DNA from: Alphaproteobacteria bacterium
Lineage (GTDB): Bacteria > Pseudomonadota > Alphaproteobacteria > MPNO01
Reading direction: 5' to 3'
Assembly (NCBI GenBank): GCA_964291675.2
Contig: OZ219866.1
Coordinates: forward strand, 1,632,001 to 1,696,000
Length of the DNA stretch: 64,000 bases
How positions within the stretch are numbered: position 1 is the first letter of the stretch; every line of letters begins with the position of its first letter. Shown here piece by piece: positions 1-8,062 of the stretch. The position numbers and the translations under genes were made by a program. Under the pieces are notes generated by a model. It was not told where the DNA came from, did not search any database, and saw nothing but the letters and a program-made list of their open reading frames with translations.

Positions 1-182
1 ATCATCTATACCCTCAACACATGAAAGTCAACTCCAGGCCAGCCGGGTCTCGTTCAGTCCACGGGAGGGCAATCCGTTATCGTATCAAGTCAATGGAATA
101 ACGAAAGAAATGTTCTCTCAAGACCGCTCCGGTCCGTTCTAGACCGCTCCTGACCACAACCGCCGAATCCGGAATCATTTAA

Positions 183-198
183 TGTTTCACGTGAAACA
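183..198. promoter_or_regulatory. parS: parS centromere-like site (ParB-binding palindrome)
   Basis: Perfect 16-bp palindrome TGTTTCACGTGAAACA, identical to the canonical bacterial parS consensus, in a non-coding AT-richer stretch. Confidence 0.9.
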
Positions 199-307
199 AT
201 GGTCAACCTTGTTGACCTATGTAACGCGTGAAGAAATTGCCGGAAACGGTACGGACCGCGCGAGAAACCGCGCTTCCGCCCGGATTCGCCTGTGCGTCCC
301 CGGGGGA

Positions 308-664
308 CTACCCGCCGTCGATGTCGACGATGCGGTGCGGCGAGGCGTGGATGCCGAGGGTCTTGAGCGGGACGTCGCCGGTCACGCGGAAGCCGTGGCG
401 CTGGCCGGGCGGCAGGATCAGGGTGACGCCCGGGCGCAGCGCGACGGTCTCCTCGCCCTCGGCCCAGGCCTCGCCGGTGCCTTCGAGCACGGTGATCGCC
501 TCGACATAGGGGTGCGAATGCGCCGGCGTCTCGTAGCCCGGCGGCGAGGTCTGGATGCCCGAGCGCAGCGGGGTCGAGCCCGCATCGTCGCCGACCAGCG
601 TGCAATAGGTCGCCCCGCCCGGGAACCGCTCGCTCTCGAGCTTGTCGTGTTCGACCACCTTCAT
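308..664 (-). CDS. Cupin domain protein
   Basis: MKVVEHDKLE... with cupin motifs PAHSHPYVEAITVLEG and PPGQRHGF. The ATG overlaps the marR stop (ATGA), so the start is trimmed from track ORF 308..1162. Confidence 0.85.
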   Translation of the reverse strand: MKVVEHDKLESERFPGGATYCTLVGDDAGSTPLRSGIQTSPPGYETPAHSHPYVEAITVLEGTGEAWAEGEETVALRPGVTLILPPGQRHGFRVTGDVPLKTLGIHASPHRIVDIDGG

Positions 665-1137
665 CGTCCAACCTCCTTCGGCTCCCCGCCGAGCCCGGCG
701 AGGCGTTCGAGCACCTGCATCGCGGCCGCGCGCTCCGCCGCCGGGATCGGTTCGAGGATGCGCCGCTGCGCGCGCTCGACGGCGTCGACGGCGGATTCCA
801 TCGCCGCCCGCCCCGCCGCCGTCAAGTGCAGCGCGTTGGTGCGCCGGTCTTCCTTCTGGCGCTCGCGCCGGATCAGCCCGCGCCGGCCGAGGCGGCGCAG
901 GATCTCGGTCAGGGTGGAGCGGTCGATGCCGGTCATCCTCACCAGATCGGTCTGGTTGATCCCCGGGTTCTGGTGGACGCTCAGCAGCACCGCGAACTGG
1001 CGCGGCGTCGGCCCGTCCTCGCCCACCTCGTCGACGAACAGGTCGACCGCGCGCTGCTGCGAGCGGCGCAGGAGATGCCCCACCGCCGCGTGCAGGTCGT
1101 AGCTGCCGGTATCGATCCTGGCGGCGCCGTCGCGCAT
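661..1137 (-). CDS. MarR family transcriptional regulator
   Basis: TPRQFAVL...INQTDLVRMTGIDRSTLTEILRRL...EDRRTNALHLTAAG winged-helix signature; divergent from the LLM operon. Confidence 0.92.
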   Translation of the reverse strand: MRDGAARIDTGSYDLHAAVGHLLRRSQQRAVDLFVDEVGEDGPTPRQFAVLLSVHQNPGINQTDLVRMTGIDRSTLTEILRRLGRRGLIRRERQKEDRRTNALHLTAAGRAAMESAVDAVERAQRRILEPIPAAERAAAMQVLERLAGLGGEPKEVGR

Positions 1138-1150
1138 CGTCCACCCATGA

Positions 1151-1193
1151 TAATCTGTACACGGATTAAATTCTTCGCTACACTGCCTGTCAA
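1151..1193 (-). promoter_or_regulatory. sigma70 promoter of marR with overlapping palindromic operator
   Basis: Minus strand TTGACA (1193-1188), 17 bp, TTTAAT (1170-1165). Near-perfect inverted repeat TAATCTGTACACGGATTA at 1151-1168 overlaps the -10. Confidence 0.7.
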
Positions 1194-1226
1194 TAGCGCA
1201 GTCCAGCAGGGTGGAGAGAGACGGTC

Positions 1227-2300
1227 ATGGAATTCGGCATGCAATTCTTCCCGTGCGTCGGGCCCGAGCAGCGCCCGGCGGACGCGTATTTCGAGGACTG
1301 CCTCAAGCTGTGCGAGCTGTGCGACGAGTACGGCTACACCCATATCCGCACGGTCGAGCACTACTTCCACGCCTATGGCGGCTACAGCCCCAACCCGATC
1401 GTGTTCCTCACCGCCGCCTCGCAGCGCTCGCGCAGCGCGCGCCTGGTCACCGGCGCGGTGCTGCCGGTGTTCAACAACCCGCTCAAGCTGGCCGGCGAGA
1501 TCGGCATGCTGGACGCGATCTCCAACGGGCGGCTGGAGGTCGGCTTCGCGCGCGCCTTCCTGCCGCACGAATACCAGCGCTTCGGCGTCTCGCTGGACGA
1601 ATCCGTGCTGCGCTTCGACGAGGGGATGGCCCAGGTGCGCCGCCTGCTGGAAGAGGAGAACGTGACCGAGACCGGGCAGTTCCACAGCTTCGCCAACGTC
1701 ACCTCGCTGCCGCGCCCGACCCAGAAGCCGCGCCCCAGGTTCTGGACCGCGGCCTTCACCACCCCGCAATCCTTCGAGAAGGCGGGCCGCCAGGGCAACT
1801 GGATCATGGCGATCCCGATCGGCGGCGCGGCGATGCGCGAGCTCTGCGACATCTACCGCGAGGCATGGGACAAGGCGGGCCATGACGGCCCGGGGCGGGT
1901 GATGCTCGCCTTCCACATGTACTGCCACGAGGACGAGCGCGAGGCCGCCCGCATCGCGCGCGATCCGCTCAACCGCTATCTCGCCTCGCTGGTCGACGCC
2001 GCCTCGGACTGGATCAGCGGCACCTCGTCCACGGACTACAAGGGCTACGACAAGATGATCGAGGCGCTGAAGCGCGAGACCTTCGAGTCCCAGGTCGAGA
2101 AGGGCGCCGCCTGGGTCGGCACGCCGCGCCAGCTGGTCGACCGGATCGGCGCCTATGCCGAGGCGGTCGGCGGCATCGACGACGCCTCGCTGCAGGTCAA
2201 TTTCCACGACATGGGCCTCGCCGACGCCGAGCGCTCGGCGCGCCTGTTCGGCGAGCAGGTGATGCCGAGCTTCGGCGCCGCCAGGGCGGCGGCGGAGTAG
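1227..2300 (+). CDS. Luciferase-like (LLM class) flavin-dependent oxidoreductase
   Basis: EHYFHAYGG..PNP, PLKLAGEIGMLDAISNGRLEVGFAR motifs; GGAG RBS upstream. Confidence 0.92.
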   Translation: MEFGMQFFPCVGPEQRPADAYFEDCLKLCELCDEYGYTHIRTVEHYFHAYGGYSPNPIVFLTAASQRSRSARLVTGAVLPVFNNPLKLAGEIGMLDAISNGRLEVGFARAFLPHEYQRFGVSLDESVLRFDEGMAQVRRLLEEENVTETGQFHSFANVTSLPRPTQKPRPRFWTAAFTTPQSFEKAGRQGNWIMAIPIGGAAMRELCDIYREAWDKAGHDGPGRVMLAFHMYCHEDEREAARIARDPLNRYLASLVDAASDWISGTSSTDYKGYDKMIEALKRETFESQVEKGAAWVGTPRQLVDRIGAYAEAVGGIDDASLQVNFHDMGLADAERSARLFGEQVMPSFGAARAAAE

Positions 2301-2359
2301 CCGCAAGCCGCATCGCCCGCCCGCGCCGCGCTCTCGTTTCCGGCAGGGAAGACCGACGC

Positions 2360-3310
2360 ATGGACCCGCACCGGATCGACGTGCACCACCACATCCTGCC
2401 GCCCGACTACGTCGCCGCCGTCGGCGACGAGCGGATCGGCCCGCTGATCCTCGCCGGCCGCACGCCGGAATGGACGCCCCGGATGTCGGTCGAGGCGATG
2501 GACCGCAACGGCATCGCCACCGCCGTGACCTCGATCTCCGCCCCCGGGCTGTGGTTCGGCGACGACGCGGAATCGGTGCGCCTCGCGCGGATGTGCAACG
2601 AATATGCGGCCTCCATAAGGCGCGACCATCCGGGCCGGTTCGGCGTGTTCGCGAGCCTGCCGCTGCCGGACGTCGATGCGAGCCTCGCCGAGATCGAATA
2701 CGCGCTCGATACGCTCGGCGCCGACGGGATCGGCCTCTTGACCAGCTACGGCGACCGCTACCCCGGCGATGCCGCCTTCGCGCCGGTATTCGACGAGCTC
2801 GACCGGCGCGGCGCGGTGGTCTATTTCCACCCGACCGACGCGCCGTGCAGCCAGTGCCTGAAGGACATCCCGGCGGCGACGCTCGACTTCCCCTTCGACA
2901 CCACGCGGGCGGTGGTCAGCCTGCTGTTCTCCGGCACCTTCGCGCGCTGCCGCGGCATAAGCTTCATCTTCTCCCATGCCGGCGGGACGGTGCCGTTCCT
3001 CGCCGAGCGCATCGCCCGGCTCGGCGCGCGGCCGGGCTTCAGGGACGCGGTGCCCGACGGGGCGGTGGCGGAGCTGGAACGGCTCCACTACGACACCGCG
3101 CTGTCGGCCAACCGGCTCGCCTTCGCCAGCCTGCTCGCCCTGGTCACGCCCGACAAGGTGCTGTTCGGCAGCGACTACCCCTTCGCCCCCGAGGCGACGA
3201 TGACCGCCACCGTCGAGGGGCTGGTCGGGCTCGGGCTGGAGGACGCCGTGCTGCGCGGCATCGAGCGCGACAACGCGCTCGCCCTGCTGCCCCGGATCGC
3301 GGCGGGGTAG
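2360..3310 (+). CDS. Amidohydrolase_2 family protein (aromatic-acid decarboxylase/hydratase-like)
   Basis: IDVHHH metal motif, YFHP, SHAGG, LFGSDYPF. Confidence 0.88.
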   Translation: MDPHRIDVHHHILPPDYVAAVGDERIGPLILAGRTPEWTPRMSVEAMDRNGIATAVTSISAPGLWFGDDAESVRLARMCNEYAASIRRDHPGRFGVFASLPLPDVDASLAEIEYALDTLGADGIGLLTSYGDRYPGDAAFAPVFDELDRRGAVVYFHPTDAPCSQCLKDIPAATLDFPFDTTRAVVSLLFSGTFARCRGISFIFSHAGGTVPFLAERIARLGARPGFRDAVPDGAVAELERLHYDTALSANRLAFASLLALVTPDKVLFGSDYPFAPEATMTATVEGLVGLGLEDAVLRGIERDNALALLPRIAAG

Positions 3311-3428
3311 GGGCGCCGACCGGCCGGGAACGGCTCGCGTCGACCCCGTCGCAGTCGGCCCATCCTCCGCCGTTGACAGTACGACGGGAATGCGGTTTCT
3401 CGGGCTGCCATATGCAACGCATGGTAGT

Positions 3429-3644
3429 ATGCCGGAGGCCCCGTTGAGCGCCGAGATTCTCGCCATATTCGGGGTCGGCCTCGCGCTAGCCGCCTTCATT
3501 TGGCGTATCCTGACCAACATGGAGGCCCGTCTGGTCAAGAGGATCGAGCGCAGCGAGGGACAACTGTCCGACGTCAGGGAGCGCGTCGCACGCCTCGAAG
3601 GCGTGTTCGGGCGTGTCTTTCGGAAGGAAACGATAGAGGAATGA
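3429..3644 (+). CDS. Small membrane-anchored coiled-coil protein
   Basis: 71 aa; N-terminal TM (ILAIFGVGLALAAFIW) then heptad-like LSDVRERVARLEG. Start uncertain. Confidence 0.6.
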   Translation: MPEAPLSAEILAIFGVGLALAAFIWRILTNMEARLVKRIERSEGQLSDVRERVARLEGVFGRVFRKETIEE

Positions 3645-3648
3645 GCCG

Positions 3649-3879
3649 ATGGCACGCCGGGACCCGGACGTAGAGACGATCGCCACGGACAGGAAATGGG
3701 CGCTCTGCATCGGCACGATCTATGGCGACCTCAGAATCCGGACCTATGACACGGTCACCATGCAGGCGGACTTGATCGCCTGGCTGAGCCGGAACAACCT
3801 GCTCGCCGAATTGCAGGACAAGGGGCGGGCGGAGGACGAGATCGAACGCGGTCAGCGTACGTCCGCCGCTGGAGAATGA
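3649..3879 (+). CDS. Hypothetical protein (76 aa)
   Basis: Starts 4 bp after the upstream ORF, with GAGGA upstream; protein-like composition; no motif recognised. Confidence 0.45.
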   Translation: MARRDPDVETIATDRKWALCIGTIYGDLRIRTYDTVTMQADLIAWLSRNNLLAELQDKGRAEDEIERGQRTSAAGE

Positions 3880-3895
3880 CGCGGCCGGGGCGGTT

Positions 3896-3997
3896 CCTTC
3901 GAGACGCGGTTTCGCCGCTACTCAGGATGAGGGCGGGGTGGGGGCAAACCGCTTCCCTTCATCCCGAGTAGCCCCCCAGAGGGGCGCGTATCGAAGG
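3896..3997. repeat. REPIN-like palindromic element family A, copy 1
   Basis: CCTTCGAGACGC-hairpin-CTACTCAGGATGAGG, spacer, inverted TCATCCCGAGTAG-hairpin-GCGTATCGAAGG. Confidence 0.85.
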
Positions 3998-4089
3998 GGG
4001 CTTATCCAGATTACTTGACGGAGCGGGGGCCGGGCGTCACGGGGGGCGGCGCGCCCGAACGTCGGAACGCTCGCCATGCCTCCCCATCT

Positions 4090-4472
4090 CGTCATGCACC
4101 CCCGTCATGCACCCCCCTCGTCATGCCCCGGCCCCCGGATCGAGTCCGGGGGTGATCCGGGCACCCACTGCCGCCACCGCGCCTCCCGCCCGGGCACCCA
4201 TGCGGCCTCTCGGCGCGCACGGCGGGCCGTGCGGAGGCCTGGCGGCGCCGGTGGGTGGCCGGATCAAGTCCGGCCATGGGTGCCCGGATCAAGTCCGGGC
4301 ATGACGGGGGGTAAGTGGAGTCGGTGGAGCAACGGGGAGAAGGAGCGGGGGCCGGCCATGACGGGGTGGTGGCGGTGGAGGAGCAGGGAGAGCCGGGTGC
4401 GGCGCGCGTCGAAAGTCGAGACCGGACAGCAGAGGAACACGCCCGGACTTGATCCGGGGGCCGGGTATGACG
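4090..4472. repeat. Cluster of REP-like family B palindromes
   Basis: Several GTCATG/CATGAC ends and CC(C)GGATCAAGTCCGG(G) / CCCGGACTTGATCCGGG hairpin units in both orientations. Confidence 0.75.
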
Positions 4473-4534
4473 GACGAAACGTCGCGGCCCCCCGCCCGTC
4501 AAGTATTCGGTATAAGCCCCTATCGAAGGACGGG

Positions 4535-5512
4535 CTAGGGCAGCACGACAATCTTTCCGAAGAAGCCGCGCTCTTCCATCAGGCGTTCGGCGGCGCCGGT
4601 CTCGGCGAGCGGGAAGGTGTGGCTGACGACGGGCGCGAGCCGGCCCGCCGCGACATGGGCGACCGAGCGCTCGACGTCGTCCTGCGAGTAGCTGTTGGAG
4701 CCCAGCACGTCGAGCTCTCGCACCCAGATGTAGCGGAGGTCGGTGGCGGGGTCGTGGCCGGCGGTGGCGCCGCAGGTGAGCACCCGCCCGCCGCGCTTCG
4801 CGGTCCTGAGGCAGCGCGCCCAGGTGTCGCCGCCGGTAAAATTGACCACCACGTCGCAGCCCCGCTTGTCCGAGGCGAGCCACGCGGCGCGCGAGAAATC
4901 CTCCTCCGAGTAGTCGATGACATGGTCGGCGCCGAGCGCGGCCAGGCGCTCGCATTTCTCCGCCGAGCCGGCGGCGGCGATCACCCGCGCGCCGGTCATC
5001 TTGCCATACTGGAGGCAGGCGATTCCGACGCCGCCGCTGGCGCCGAGCACCAGCATGGTCTCGCCGGCAACCAGCCTGCCGCGCGTATACAGCATGCGGT
5101 GCGCGGTGCCGTAGTTGATCGGGATCGCCGCGGCGGTCTCGAAGGACAGGGTCTCGGGCAGGCGGATCAGGTTCTTCGCCGGCACGACGACCAGCTCGGC
5201 GAGCCCGCCCAGAATCTCCTCGCCCAGCATGCCGTCGTCGGTCTGCGGGTTCAGGGTCACCCGCTCGCCCGCCGACCAGCCCTCGACGCCCGGCCCCAGC
5301 GCATCGATCGTGCCCGCCACGTCGCCGCCCGAGATGAACGGCATCGGCACCGGAAAGCCCGGCATGCCGCGGCGCACGAAAATGTCGAGATGGTTGAGCC
5401 CGCAGGCCCTCACCGCCATCCGCACCTCGCCCGGCCCGGGCTCGGGGTCCGGCCAGTCGCGGCAGACGATGTTCTCGACCCCGCCCTGTCGTTCGATGAC
5501 CGCTGCTTTCAA
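4535..5512 (-). CDS. Medium-chain dehydrogenase/reductase (quinone oxidoreductase-like)
   Basis: TTG start (MKAAVIERQGG) after GGAGG; ACGLNHLD, LGASGGVG, FGKIVV C-terminus; lacks the structural-Zn Cys cluster. Confidence 0.9.
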   Translation of the reverse strand: MKAAVIERQGGVENIVCRDWPDPEPGPGEVRMAVRACGLNHLDIFVRRGMPGFPVPMPFISGGDVAGTIDALGPGVEGWSAGERVTLNPQTDDGMLGEEILGGLAELVVVPAKNLIRLPETLSFETAAAIPINYGTAHRMLYTRGRLVAGETMLVLGASGGVGIACLQYGKMTGARVIAAAGSAEKCERLAALGADHVIDYSEEDFSRAAWLASDKRGCDVVVNFTGGDTWARCLRTAKRGGRVLTCGATAGHDPATDLRYIWVRELDVLGSNSYSQDDVERSVAHVAAGRLAPVVSHTFPLAETGAAERLMEERGFFGKIVVLP

Positions 5513-5533
5513 ACCTGTCCTCCCTCGTTCCGT

Positions 5534-5635
5534 CCCTCGATACGGCGCTTCGCGCCGACCCGGGATGAGGGGCAGGATTTGGGCCGCCCACACCCCACCC
5601 TCATCCCGAGTAGCGGCGAAGCCGCGTATCGAAGG
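5534..5635. repeat. REPIN-like element family A, copy 2
   Basis: CCCTCGATACG...GGGATGAGG, spacer, CCTCATCCCGAGTAG...GCGTATCGAAGG; intergenic. Confidence 0.85.
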
Positions 5636-5637
5636 GC

Positions 5638-7152
5638 CTACCGCCCGCCGTCGTCGACGAAGCGGCTGATCCCGACATCCTCCCGCCAGCTCCGCCGCCA
5701 CGCCTCCAGCAGATGCGGGCGGAGCTTCGCGTTGCGCGCGGCGACCGCCCCGATGTCGGCGCGCAGCCCCGGCATCGCCGCCTCGACCTCGGACCGCAGC
5801 GCGTCCTCGTCGATGAAGGCGAGGCGGCGGTTCTCCATCGCCACCCTGCCGTCGACGATCACCGTATCCACGCTCTCGCCGCTCTCGGCGAACACGGTCT
5901 GGCGCGCCGCGCTGTTGAGCGGCACGTATTGCGGCGCGGCGAGATCGATCACCGCGATATCGGCCTTCATGCCCGGGCGGATCGCGCCGATTTCGCCGGC
6001 CAGCCCGAGCGCCCGCGCCCCGCCCAGCGTGGCGCAGGCGATGGTGTCGGCGGCGCTCGGCGGGCCGGGCTCGGGGTTGGTCACCGCGGCGAGCCCGGCG
6101 AACGCCTTCATCGCGTGGAACATGTTCTGCGAATCGCCGCAGGAGCAGTTGTCGCAGCCGATCGCGGTCGGCACCCCGGAATCGAGATAGCCGCGGATCG
6201 GCGGCACGCCGGACCGGGTCTTCAGGTTGCCGACCGGGTTGAGGATCACGTTGGTGCCGGTCCCGGCCAGGATCTCGATCTCGTCGGGGCGCATCCAGAC
6301 GCTGTGGGCGAGCCCGACATTGGGCCCGAGCAGCCCGACCGAGCGCAAATACTTGACCTGCGAGCCGTCATGCTCGGGCATGAACAGCCGGCCCGCGACC
6401 GCCATCGAGCGCGACTCGTAGATATGGGTGATCACCGGGAGGTCGTGCTCGGCCGACAGCGCCGCCAGCCCCTCCAGCAGGCGCGGGGTGCAGAACTCCG
6501 GGCTGGTCGGCCCGAGCGCCCAGCGGAACCGGGGCGAGGCGCCGCGCCAGGCGACAAAATGCTCGCGCACGTGCTCCAGCGGATCGAACCCGCCGGGCTC
6601 GACCGAGGCGCCGAGATGGCGGCGGTATTCCTCGGGCACGACCTCCTTCCAGAACGGCACCCGCTCGATCCCCGGGATGTCGCCGACTTGCAGCGAGAAG
6701 GTGCAGCGGATGCCGATCTCCTCATAGGCCGAGACCACGGTCTCCAGGTGTTCGGGGTCGAAGGGGAAGAGGGTGAGCATGTCCTGCACGGTGGTCATGC
6801 CCGAGCGCAGGCACTCGGCGGCGCCCAGCAGGGTGCGCGCGCGCACCTCCGCCGCCGACCGCTTGGGATAGGCCGGCGGCAAAGCGTGCATCAGCCAGAG
6901 TTCGAGCGGCAATGTCTCGAAGCAGCCCTTGAGCAGCACGTCGTGCGAGTGGTAATGCGCGTTGACGAAGCCCGGCATGACCAGCCTGCCCGCCGCGTCG
7001 ACGGTCTTGCCCGCGGGTCCGAGGTCCTCGCCGATTCCGGCGATGCGGTCGCCCTCGATCAGCACGTCGGCGACCGGCGGCAGGTCGGTGTCCCCGTCAT
7101 GATCGTAGACCCGGCCGCCCCGGATCAGGATGCTGGTCGCAGCTTCGGCCAT
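5638..7152 (-). CDS. Metal-dependent amidohydrolase (MTA/SAH deaminase - AtzA/TrzA-like)
   Basis: MPGFVNAHYHSH, THIYES, LAHSVW, IGCDN, ATLGGARALG..IGAIRPGMKADI. Confidence 0.9.
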   Translation of the reverse strand: MAEAATSILIRGGRVYDHDGDTDLPPVADVLIEGDRIAGIGEDLGPAGKTVDAAGRLVMPGFVNAHYHSHDVLLKGCFETLPLELWLMHALPPAYPKRSAAEVRARTLLGAAECLRSGMTTVQDMLTLFPFDPEHLETVVSAYEEIGIRCTFSLQVGDIPGIERVPFWKEVVPEEYRRHLGASVEPGGFDPLEHVREHFVAWRGASPRFRWALGPTSPEFCTPRLLEGLAALSAEHDLPVITHIYESRSMAVAGRLFMPEHDGSQVKYLRSVGLLGPNVGLAHSVWMRPDEIEILAGTGTNVILNPVGNLKTRSGVPPIRGYLDSGVPTAIGCDNCSCGDSQNMFHAMKAFAGLAAVTNPEPGPPSAADTIACATLGGARALGLAGEIGAIRPGMKADIAVIDLAAPQYVPLNSAARQTVFAESGESVDTVIVDGRVAMENRRLAFIDEDALRSEVEAAMPGLRADIGAVAARNAKLRPHLLEAWRRSWREDVGISRFVDDGGR

Positions 7153-7307
7153 GGTGGTCCTCCGTCCCGCCCACTATAGCGGGCCGCGCCCGAGTCGCAC
7201 CCGCCGGCCGGGCCGTTCGATACGCCGACCGGAATCCGCACCGACCCGCCAGCGCGACTTGCCGCGAGGCGGGCGAGATGCGAGGCTCGGCGCCGCGACG
7301 CAATGCG

Positions 7308-8042
7308 ATGGAGCTTCGAATGTACGGTTGGCGCGCCCGCATCGGCATGCTGCTGCCCTCGGTCAACTCGGCCGCGGAGCCGCTGGTCCAGGCGATGACG
7401 CCGGACGGGGTCTCGGTCCACACCACCAGGCTCCGGCTCGCCGGCTCCACCGAGGACGACATTTTGGGCATGGTCTCGGGCGTCGAGGAGGGGGCGAGCC
7501 TGCTCGCCGACGCCGAGGTCGACCTGATCGTCTTTCACTGCACCGCGGCGTCGATGTTCAGGCCCGGCTTCGACGACGACATCATCGCGCGCATCGAGGA
7601 CAGGACCGAGACGCCGGCGACCTCGACCTCGAAGGCGGTGATGGACGCCTTCGACACGCTCGACGTCAGGCGCATCGCGCTCACCACCCCCTACACCCAG
7701 GAGACCAACGACCGCGAAGTCGCCTATCTCGAAAGCCACCAGATCTCGGTGCTCAGCGAGACCGGGATGGGGATCGCCGGCAGCGGCACCGAGATGATCG
7801 CGGTCGAGCCCGGCGAATGGTACCGCCGGGTGAAACGCCAGCGGGACGAGGCGGCGGACGCCTATTTCATCTCCTGCACGGCGATCCGCGCCGCCGAGGC
7901 GATCGAGCCGCTGGAGCGCGATCTCGACAGGCCCGTCGTGACCAGCAACCAGGCCATGGTCTGGCACAGCCTGAAGCGGCTCGACATCCACGACCCGGTG
8001 CCGGGCTACGGAAGGCTGATGGACACGCTGGGCCGCGCCTGA
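7308..8042 (+). CDS. Maleate cis-trans isomerase / Asp-Glu racemase family protein
   Basis: RIGMLLPSVN, both catalytic Cys (FHCTAAS, ISCTAI), TPY, VVTSNQA. Confidence 0.88.
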   Translation: MELRMYGWRARIGMLLPSVNSAAEPLVQAMTPDGVSVHTTRLRLAGSTEDDILGMVSGVEEGASLLADAEVDLIVFHCTAASMFRPGFDDDIIARIEDRTETPATSTSKAVMDAFDTLDVRRIALTTPYTQETNDREVAYLESHQISVLSETGMGIAGSGTEMIAVEPGEWYRRVKRQRDEAADAYFISCTAIRAAEAIEPLERDLDRPVVTSNQAMVWHSLKRLDIHDPVPGYGRLMDTLGRA

Positions 8043-8062
8043 TCCCGCCCGATCCCGGGCGC

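Noticed and set aside
182-1102. 306-aa ORF starting MFHVKQ
   Set aside because: The start is simply the translated parS palindrome; the rest is antisense to the cupin and marR genes.
4076-6190. 704-aa plus-strand ORF and many similar long Arg/Ala/Gly-rich ORFs
   Set aside because: Shadow frames of high-GC genes and repeats, with no protein motifs.
7308-8042. Arylmalonate decarboxylase
   Set aside because: Both catalytic Cys are present; AMDase has Gly at the first position.
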